A stretch of 64,000 bases of DNA from Phoronis australis (lineage: Eukaryota > Animalia > Phoronida). Shown piece by piece: positions 54,350-64,000 of the stretch. Every line of letters begins with the position of its first letter. The stretch's first letter is position 1. The DNA is taken from positions 194,541 through 258,540 of the forward strand of contig NMRA01000594.1 in the NCBI GenBank assembly GCA_002633005.1, given 5' to 3'. The position numbers and the translations under genes were made by a program. The notes under the pieces were generated by a model that was given only the letters and a program-made list of their open reading frames with translations, was not told the DNA's origin and made no database searches.

Positions 54350-56391
54350 TTAGGTCAAGTGCGACGTAAGTCAGATTTATACCAAAATATCAGCCTCGAA
54401 TGGCAAATACAACCGTGTAATAACCCATTTAGCTATCTCACTAGTGAGATATTATTTTGGCGTGAAACCGAGGCCGGTTTCGAACCCGGCCGTCAAGAGT
54501 TTCGGGTCACCGACTTTAGCACTACACCACTTAGCGGCTGACGTCATTGAGCGTGAAAATAGAATGTGTAAATGACCACGCGCAATAATTCCATGTTCAA
54601 CAAAGGACTTTGTTCTGCCATTTATACTCTGTGAAAAGTCAGACGCTTAATTTCCATAAAAACGATATCTTTTTTTTTTTATTGAGATATTTATTAACTC
54701 AACCAACCAGTACATAGTTGTGCGACAATATGACATCTAGTTTAGTGTACATCAGACAAATTACGAACATTATCGATATCTTAATTCAGTGAAAGTTTTT
54801 CCTCCTATTCGCGCTTGTAAATCACCGATCTCCAATTTGAATGCGGACGTGCGTTCAATAGACGCCTACGCTAGGACCTAGCTAAAATCTAGTCAAGGTC
54901 ACGTGTTCTCATTTAAAATACACGGCAATATCTCACGTAATCTCGCGAAATCTTGCTTTTTAACCAGGTCCTTGCGTTACCGAACGGGCGGCAGGTATTG
55001 TGTCGACGGGATTCTTTGACTTGAGAATTATAATCAGTTACCACTGGTAACCTACTTTAGCAGACGATAGTTTCCTGGTCAAACCCTAGCGTCATAAAAT
55101 ATGTTTTAAGGTATACTGGTTGGCAAACCTTGATTTATCAATTCACTTCATTTCTATTTTGATTAAATTTTCAATTGTTTCTAGTAAAAGTATTATTTGA
55201 CAGGAATGGCTCGGCTTTTCTTAAAAGGTCACGACCCACAACCCCGGGCCTCTGACATAGAAAGTGGTTACAAAGCCGAGGCGAGTCGAGAAAGGTAAAT
55301 GTAGATATCTTCATAGCAATGTTTCTCGTTTAGTATGACTTTTGTGGTATAAATAAATTATTACATGTTTTCAGCCGTTTAACGCCCCTCGGGCGATAAT
55401 TCTCTAAAACCCACTCGGGTTCTAGGTAGCAGGGGATAACGACTTCGCCATGTAATAATCTACATTTATTACTGTAATAAGTTTTTAGCGAATGAGAAGA
55501 GACGGATTTTAACTGCAATATATAGATTATTACATGGCGAAGTCGTTATCCACCGTTATCTAGAGCCCGAGTGGATTTTGGAGAAATCGCCCGATGGGCG
55601 TTAGCCCCGAGGATGATAATTCTGCAAAATCCACGAGAGCTCTAGATAAGGGGGATATTGGCTGAGAACATGTAATAATCTATTCATACCGCAAACTAAA
55701 CGAGAAACATTGCAATGAATCGATTTACCCTTCTAGAATCGCCTCGGCTTTGTAACTACTTCCTATGTTAGAGGCCCGGGGTCGGAGGTCGTGACCTTTT
55801 AAGAAAAGCTTAGCGATTTTTGTCAAATAATACTTTTACTCAAAACCAATTGAAAAATTAAACAAAACAGAAATATAGAGATTTTATAAGTTAAGGTTTA
55901 ACAACTATTATAGCTTAAAACACATTTTATCGAGCTAAGCTTCGACCGGGAACTGCCATCTGCTAACTGAGTATAATTCTCAAGTCAAAGGATCCCGACG
56001 ACACGATACCCGCATTAAAATTGGAGAACCGTGATTTACAAGTGAGAGAACATGACAGAAAAATTTCACTGAATTAAGATATCGTTTTATGGAAATTATG
56101 GGTCTTATTTTTCATAGCGTATAATTGTCAGTACATTGTACCTTGTTGAACATGGGATTATTGTGCGTGCTCATTTAATTATTCTATTTTCACGCTCGAT
56201 GTCGTCAGCCGCTTAGTGGTGTAGTGGTAAAGTCAGCAAACCTAAAATCTGGAGGCCCTGGTTCAAAATCGGTCTCGGTTTCCCGCCAAAATGTTATCTC
56301 ACTAGAGAGACAAATAAATGGGTTGTACATGTATTTGCCATTCGAGACTAATATTGTGGTATAAATAAGATTTATTTCGCACATGGCCTAA
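54350..56391. mobile_element. ~2-kb foldback (palindromic) element, Harbinger-like ends
   Basis: Arms are reverse complements from ttaggtcaagtgcga / tcgcacatggcctaa inward to a ~55-bp spacer near 55465-55520. Confidence 0.85.
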
Positions 56392-56426
56392 CTTACAGCT
56401 AAGCCACTGAACGCACACTACACATG

Positions 56427-56429
<3 letters not shown>

Positions 56430-56486
<57 letters not shown>
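56430..56486. repeat. (TA)n microsatellite
   Basis: Pure TA run. Confidence 0.98.
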
Positions 56487-56489
<3 letters not shown>

Positions 56490-56564
56490 ACATGCACGTG
56501 TGTCAAAACATATGCATTTTGATCTTTAGACAGCAGCTTCGGGAGAAACTACGAAGCACCTCAC

Positions 56565-57355
56565 TATAACATTTTGATGGACATGACTTAAGAATCTACT
56601 TGCCTCTACGCTGTCACTTAAAATGCAGTCGACATCTTCCTCATTTCCTTGCCGCACCTGAACAGTGACTGAAGAACCGTCTACAGATGTTTTACCAGAT
56701 GTTCCTGCAATACGTTCGCCGGTTTCCTGCCATATGTTCATGTTAACTTTCTTTAGCGTGAACGATGCTTGAGCTTCCTGACCTTCCACTGTGGACCAAT
56801 AGAACTTAATGTTCATTTTCCGATCAATGTGCAATTCCTTTAGATAGTTAAGATGAACTGGATGATATGGCCATTCGCCATATTGAGTGTGACACACTAG
56901 GGCTAGATCCAAACAGTTTCCGTTTTGGGTTGCCGAAGGGCAAAGGTATGCAAAGAATGTCCTTGACCACAGTGCATATATTTTTTCGATGTTTCTCTTG
57001 AATGTGCTATAGCCGATCAAGAAAAAGGAGAAATGATGACAAGAGAAAACAAGCTCTTCGCCCTCCAGCCGAGGATTGCTTTCATTGGTGATGTTATCCA
57101 CTTGTCCGTTTGATTTGCGTAGAATGAAAAAGCCGGCTTCGTCACAACTTGTTACACCCATCTCTCGTAAAATGCTGTTCACGTTTACTTTAACTGTCAC
57201 GGGAGTTTCGATTTTCGCGGGTTCGAATACTACCACACTAATCGTTTTCGTAAGCAAGTACAAAGAACCTGTGACAAGTTCGTCCTTGGCAAGTTTCATC
57301 ATCAAAGGATGTTCAACCTCTATCACTTCATATGACATGCCTGCACCTTCAATCG
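56565..57355 (-). CDS. Large exon encoding ZU5 domain (HFS motif) plus UPA-like domain
   Basis: Stop-free 270-aa ORF; ISVVVFEP..ETPVTVKV, VDNIT, LVFSCHHFSFFLIG (HFS at 57027-57035); acceptor ctctttctctttag at 57356; candidate phase-0 donors ata|gtgagg (56565) or gag|gcaagt (56604); unspliced stop at 56526. Confidence 0.75.
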
Positions 57356-57787
57356 CTAAAGAGAAAGAGTAATATCATACAAAACATACTCATTAAGCAG
57401 ACTGTTACAGTTTAAGACAAAAGAGAACTAAAACGAACCGTAAAACATGCTGACATCTTTATGTCAACCGAATACTACTGCCGAGCAACAATGCATCAAA
57501 AATCCCATCTCTTTCAAAGTGTGGAGATTATGCATCTTGAACATGGCATCTGGTTTCCCTAAACAGGCTAGGAGGAATGAACTCTCATGGAAGCACAATT
57601 ATTGAAGAAAAATTCACCTGTGATCCAATTTTTTTCTGAATGTCTTTTCCATTTTAGAGACTGTTGCCTCTCCAGTATTTAGACCAGATGTCCATTTTAT
57701 GAAAGCTAAGCAAAACTTAAGCGAAATGTTTGGTATTGTTCTCCCGCGTCAGCATTGCTGTGTAAAAGTTTAGCTAAACATTATCTG

Positions 57788-58915
57788 CCGATTTCATAAA
57801 GGTGGTTAACAAAACCAAGTTTAAAACTTAAACCTGGTCTTCCTAATCCTGGTCTACTTTTAGATCCACAACTTGGTTTAAAAGTCCGGAAGCCTGGTTT
57901 TCTTAATCCATAGACCGGGTTTAGTAAAAGCAGGTTTAAAGTATTCAATCACCCTGCTGTGTCTATCTGGATTAACCCATCAGAGAAACTATTGGAGTGC
58001 GTCAACGAAACCTTGATCATGTGAGTATGCAATGGCACACACTAGTGGAATCATATAAGACATTTGCAAAGAAGGAGGAAAAAAAGTAATGTTTGAGTCC
58101 AACGCACGTACACACGTTCAAGTAAATGCTCACGGGTAGCCCCAACAGGATAAATGTCCGAATTTATTTTAGTGACAATTTTTGAGGCTAAAGGGGAGGA
58201 GGCAGGACCCCTTCTAGGCAACATTAAAACGGGGACCAGTGGCGGTGTATCTCATCCAGAAGAATAAGAAGGTGCTATCTTCACTCAAACCCGTAGCGCT
58301 TACGACGATGACGCCCTGCTCGACCAATCGTATTCTGAGGAATCCGAATTACACCCTCCAACACTTACTGTCTAAGAAAAAGTGGATGCAAGAGGCCCAA
58401 GACGTCGGGACCCCCTTTTTCCCGTGATATTAATGATATCAAATCTATAAGTTTCAAATTGTTGGATCTGTCCATTTCATTTAAAAATCCTTGACCAATA
58501 CCCCTCCCCTTAAAGACTCCTGGATATACCCCTGCTATGTTTGATCCTGTGTCGTCGTTAAACTGAATATTGAATGTAGTCCATTCTGACTCTAAAATTA
58601 CGTCGTATATGTACTCCGCAGCATCATTCAGTAGCACCTATATTATGCAAGCCTTGCATATTTAACAGTTACACCTGGGTCTGAGCAATTTTAAAGTTAA
58701 ACCTGGTTTAAAATCTTAATACAAGACTAAGGAATATAGACTTCATTGGTGAGATGAAAATTGATTGAGACCAGGCCTAAACTTGAGTTAAACCAGGTTT
58801 TACTAGACCAATGGTCCAGAAGTTTAACCACCTTTATCAAATGCCGATTATCTTTAAACCTGGTTTATTTCCAGTTTAAACCAGGCTTAACTTAAACCCA
58901 CCCTTATGAAATCGG
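57788..58915. mobile_element. PIF/Harbinger-like non-autonomous element
   Basis: TIRs ccgatttcataaaggtggttaa / taaacccacccttatgaaatcgg; identical CTG TSD; subterminal aaaccaggttt repeats. Confidence 0.8.
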
Positions 58916-59841
58916 CTGTATAAGTGCAGCGTAGTCTAACTCAATAAGTAGCAGTTCTGTATATTCTAAAAGACTTTGCACTTCTACTCAAGTGAGAATT
59001 AAGTATTTCGGAAACTTTTCTGGGGATCGTGAGGCATGAATCGACTTTTCGAAAAAGACGCTTGGACTTAGACATATTTTTTGTCTCACGTTTCCAATTC
59101 AGAATTGCTGTATAATGGTTAAGTCAAAAAACAAGCGCATTTCAGTCCATAAAAATTGATAGAAATTGGCTCAGTAACTGGCAGGTATGCCTATATTTCC
59201 AAGGCTGAACTTTGGTTTCAGTGAAATAAAGTTATTTTTCGATTTCTGGGCAGTTCATCCTTTTTTATCTACGGTACTGAACTGAAGAGTGATAAATTTT
59301 TTTTTAGATAATAGTTGCATGGAGCAAAAATCCAAATTTGTGATGTCTGAATTAAATTTTCATGAAAGATACTGATGCTATCTAAAAGATTTTCTTTCGG
59401 TCTCCCCGTTCAACATAATACTGTTCAAGCATAAAACCTTACATGTAAGTAATGCCTTCTCAGTTATCGGCCCTTCCTGAATCTCATGTGAATACGATGT
59501 TAACACTTGATTTTCCCTTTTCACCTACAAACGAAAAACAAATCATAAACGTAACATAGTTGTGGCAGTTACAAATCATGTGTTTGGTCGTTTCATGTTT
59601 CATCAAATAACGTTTAACACTTCAGTACAAAATTGTGTATACCTCCTGAATTCCGCATGAGTGAAACTTCTGAATGCATGCCTTAAACGGTAAACAACCA
59701 TTCCTAACCACAGATTACCTTTCATTTGCAGTGCTCGAATTAAGCGACGTACAGATAGGTCGCTGATGCAATTACAGATTGTTTTGGCAACCTGAGAAAA
59801 AAGTCAGCACTGTTCGCACAGATACGCCGTATAATGTAACA

Positions 59842-59997
59842 ATTTCGTAAAATGTAACAACTGGTACATTTTACTTCATTGTAACATTTTACATTGCTAA
59901 GCCTCTCCTAAAGTGTAATGAGTTGTTACATTTTAGTACTTGTTACAGTTCGTCGAATGCACATGCGAAAAATGTACCATTGTTACATTTTACGAAA
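59842..59997. repeat. Small inverted-repeat element with tgtaac repeats
   Basis: Perfect 18-bp IR tttcgtaaaatgtaacaa / ttgttacattttacgaaa. Confidence 0.6.
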
Positions 59998-60053
59998 CCA
60001 ACTTGATGTTACAAAGAAATGACCGAAATGACGAACAAGTGGTGTCTGACACG

Positions 60054-60330
60054 GCCGAGGGGTACTAGAGTATTTTTGGACGAGGGATGCTGCCCGAAAA
60101 AATTTGGATACCTACCCGATTAGAAAGTGGTCTCGGAAAAATTTGACCCATTTAGAGACTAATTTTGGGTTAAAATCCACATTTTCGCACAGTTCTGCTC
60201 CAGAAACTCTGAAAAGGCACCCTTTTAGACAGTATTTTGTCAAAAGTGGCACCATTTTGGAGAGTATATTTTGCGGTGAAAAAATCCGTTTTGGGCGCCA
60301 CTTTCCGTATACCTCTTCTGGAATGCCCAA
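60054..60330. mobile_element. Degenerate MITE with ccgggggggtact-type end
   Basis: ccgaggggtact start, repeated accc-attttagag motifs. Confidence 0.35.
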
Positions 60331-62149
60331 TATCATTTTTATTAGTATCGCATTACTATTACTACTATTACTTACTACTATTACTGCTATGACTAGTATA
60401 TCTACCATCATTAATATTACTCGTTATTGTTATACCATGTAATTATTAGTATTAATAGTTTTAAATTCATTTATGCTTAGAAAAGTTGGAATAAAACACG
60501 GTCTGCAAAGATTTTAAAACCATCTCATGTATGATTTATTATTGTTCCCAGGCTTTCCATAGTGGACAGCGAGAGCTGTTACAAAAGAATTTTAAAGGAG
60601 TTCCTATGCACAGCCTTAACGTTACTGTGAGAAGCGTCTTGGCAGCTGTGGATACAGAGTAAGTTTACTTTTTCGAAACGAGGAGGGTGAGATTTAAAGT
60701 TTTGTTTAGACGTGCACTAACATAAAAATTGATTATTTCTAAACTATCAAAAAGCATTGCATTGTTTGTAATAGTCTAGTTGCCAGTCCAATAGCCCCCA
60801 TAATGAACCCTGCAATGTTGATTACTGTAAAGTTTTTTGTTGAAAGATATTTTATATGATCAGGAGAACAAAATTAGCTTGGTTGCATTTGGTGAAACTT
60901 TGAGCATTTTTTGCAATTCAATATGGCTGATTCTGCCATTTTGAATTTAGACTCACCCATTACTTTTCATTTTCTCCGTTAACCTCTTCAAAATGTATTT
61001 TCAAAATGCTCACTATTACATAAATGTACAATAGTAGGCCAAACATTTTGCTCAAAAGTTTCATGAGGGATGTATCGGCACAATAGAGAGAGCATATGGC
61101 ATGGAAATGCTCATACGCTCAGCAGTTCAGTGCTGGTGCGTCCAGTATGGTTGCTGCCTATTACTCCAAAAAACACTACTCCGAAAAACCTCTACGGCGA
61201 AAAGAAAACACTACTCCGAAGAAACCCACGCCTCCTCCAAATATGAACACATTTATTTCATTTTATAACACTAATACGTGCGCGAACCCATATGGGGAAC
61301 TCGAATTCTTGGTAATGTGGACCTTTTACAAACAAAAACATGGGACTAAAGAGGGATATCACGTTCAGGGCTATGCTGTGTGCATTCGCGCCTTTTTAGT
61401 AGACTTTTGTCACGTTTTCTCGGACTTTTTGTTGTTTTGAGGCGGATCTTTTTGCCCTTTACGCTCAAATGAGCAAATGAGCCCTCTCCTGAGCTCCCCC
61501 CCCCCCGGGAGCGCGCATGTAAAATGATAATTTTTCTCTCCTTCAAGATAACTTCAAAGAAGATAGAATAGAAGAGGAATTAACAACAAAGACAGTAATA
61601 ATGACAGTGATAAATCATCGGACTTCATTGTCCAAATTTATTTTTGAGTGGGTATTTTGTTAGTAAGTAACAAGTTATTAAACCATTCGGGAAATTTTGA
61701 GAAAATTTAGGAAGATCGAGTGAAAAAGATGCACTGTAGGTATACACTCTCATCACAGCCATGCTGTTACTTAATGTCTACTCAAATGGGACCAAGTCTT
61801 ATGAAGAGCTGATGGTGTACATGTACATGGAGATGGTCAATAACCACCCATATCGGTAGATTGGCTTTGTAAGTAAGCACTGCTCTCTCTCATGTTTCTG
61901 CCTTCGCTTCTTCCTTCAGCAACCTTGTCTCAAGGAGATATTGACATATTTCATTGAAGCAGGGCACCATAAACGTGGAAATTCTTTTCGACTAGAATAT
62001 GATAGCGCCTCCATGTACATGTACGTTGTCTTAATTTTCACAATTTGCACGTAACTCCATTCATAAATAAACAATTAACGGTTAGGTGCCATAACGTCAA
62101 CCTAAACTACGACAAAAATTCGACAAACGTGCGATAAGTGTTCGACTAA

Positions 62150-62384
62150 TATAAAAAAATAATTGCAGGCGGTCTGATACTCGTTGTATCAGACGTGCGC
62201 AGGCCTCGCATGTGAGCCCATTGCACTGATCACCTGGAAGTATTTTTATGCTTTATTGATATAACCGAGCTGAGGAGCTTGAAACCTGGCTCAAGGGTTT
62301 AGCAGTGTGACATGGTGGGACTTGAACCCACGACCTCGAGTAAAGAAAGCGGGCACTTATCAACCAGGCCACACTGCCTCCTCC
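62150..62384 (-). mobile_element. tRNA-derived SINE with 13-bp TSD
   Basis: Head ggaggcagtgtggcctggttg (A box) and ggttcaagtcc (B box); 3' hairpin gtctgatac-aacga-gtatcagac; T-rich tail; TSD agtgttcgactaa at 62137-62149 and 62385-62397. Confidence 0.88.
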
Positions 62385-62439
62385 AGTGTTCGACTAAGGT
62401 GCCAAACACTTCTGGCAAGAAGTTTATACCAATTTTAGC

Positions 62440-64000
62440 AGCTTGACAGAGCTCTTTTGAAGTTTATATTGAAGTTTGCTGGGCGTGGAGCACCTGTCCA
62501 ATAGTCAAACAGTTCTACTCGAAGCTGCGCACAGCTGTCAACACTTGGATGACAAGGCTGTAGTACCAGCTGGTCAATTCGAAGAACAGGGATACTGTAT
62601 ATCAAACAAGTAAAAGGTTCTGATATCGTAAGGGGCATTTTAATGAGAGCCGAGCAATTTTAAAAGTGGACATGTGGATATAGAGTTTCTGTGGGTGTAC
62701 CCACTTTGATACTCCCATGAAGAACATAAGTAATGTGGAACAAAGGTGTAGTAGAGCGACAGAAAAAAAGACTTAAGCACAAGGAGGGAGGAGAGGACTT
62801 GAACGAGGAAGACTAGAGCAAGATTGCGGAGGAGATGTAGAAAAACAGATACCCGCTCATTGACCAGCAATCATATATCCATAACATCTGCAATCGCCGA
62901 GTAAATTCCAGTACGAGCTGGTCATTGGGCATGAGCAAAGTAGTCAGCTTTTTAGTATCGGTAAGCAGTGAGTGTTACAAAGCGATTTAAGAAAAAGTAA
63001 AAATGCTTGAGTTGCTGAAAAAGCCTGTACTGTCGAGGGAAAGCCACTGCGTTGAGACAATGTTCAGTTGCCTGTTAGTCGTAAGACAGCAATGTAACAT
63101 TAACATAGCTGATATCTTTCAGTATGAACTTATTGAGTCCACTCCCTACAGCCCATATCGACAAATACGACAGTCTGAGGAAGGGTCACAAAGCCATTTT
63201 GGTCAAATCTCTTCGCGTTATGTCCCAAATCATTCAGCTCCGGAGGTGGTGTTGGTTGCTGTTGCCCATGTTTTGTACCTGGTCGTTTGCAGTGTTTCCA
63301 GAACTATAAGAGATTCAGGTAAAACCTCGGCACTCCACTAGCTCCCTGTCTTCCGGCTTGTGAAACAATTATTCGCTTTAAAAATGTGACCACTAAGATC
63401 GCTACACAAAGGACCATGAGACGATAACATGAGGGAAAGTTGAGGAAATCATGCTAACCCCAGTTCCCAAACATCCTTTTTGCAGCTAAAGTATTCTAAA
63501 TAACGCTATGTTAAACAACCTTCTATGTGTATGAAGCTATTCCCGTCCATTGAACATCGAGCGGGTCAAGAAGAGCCACTGTGTAATTACACATGCTGAA
63601 GCAGAGCTTGTATAGGTAAATGTTGAAAATGGTGGAAGAAGGCACGCACCCCGTCAGAATCACTTGTGACAACACTGACGTCTCCGAGCTCTTCATTTAT
63701 GGGGCGTATAAGATGACAGTTGACGTCAAGACTCAAATGAAGAAATGGAATGGTAGAAATTGGTGACATTATGGAACATTTTAGATAATTGACCTGACAA
63801 AGTGCCGCCAACACGAGAGGTCACAAGACGTGAGGGTATTGGATAAAGAAAAGTTCTTTGTTTGAACGAGTCTCCAGACATGCAAATAACCCCTCTCTGA
63901 GTAGACACGAAGGTATCAAGTTGAACTTCTCTCTCAGTCAATGACTCTGGCCCACTCCTTTGAAGCTGTTCTCTATGAACGCAGACGCAGACGGGGGGGG
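62440..64000 (+). pseudogene. Degenerate Academ-type transposase fragment (XPG/PIN-like nuclease region)
   Basis: MFSCLLVVRQQ..IADIFQYEL, SLRKGHKAILVK, KDHE, THAEAE, VRITCDNTDV, H..T....GIG*RKV in the expected order. Confidence 0.6.

Noticed and set aside
54466-54538. tRNA gene (also 56208-56280 and 62310-62384)
   Set aside because: A and B boxes present but no proper cloverleaf; part of repeat elements
57076-57372. 98-aa plus-strand ORF
   Set aside because: Antisense shadow of the ZU5 exon
57617-57707. Possible exon upstream of the ZU5 exon
   Set aside because: The open frame ends in phase 2; the phase-1 frame contains a stop

Overview
AT-rich, repeat-dense animal genomic DNA (probably a marine invertebrate; inferred from the transposon repertoire), not prokaryotic. 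A spliced caspase gene (peptidase C14) lies on the minus strand as small exons that the ORF track mostly misses: 39083-39181, 22159-22355 (SHG), 13815-13902 and 6965-7147 (QACRG), all phase-compatible with GT-AG boundaries. Upstream on the same strand is a large exon (about 56565-57355) encoding a ZU5 domain with an HFS autoproteolysis motif followed by a UPA-like region, so the locus may encode a ZU5-UPA-caspase fusion; this join is inferred, not shown. The introns hold four blocks of a Helentron-associated (HINE/DINE-1-like) element with ~433-bp higher-order tandem repeats, a Gmr1-type LTR retrotransposon (PR-INT-RT-RH order) with a solo LTR nested in its own 3' LTR, a degenerate L1/Tx1 LINE, Penelope, CR1 and Academ fragments, a 2-kb foldback element with tRNA-like heads, a tRNA-derived SINE and several MITEs.
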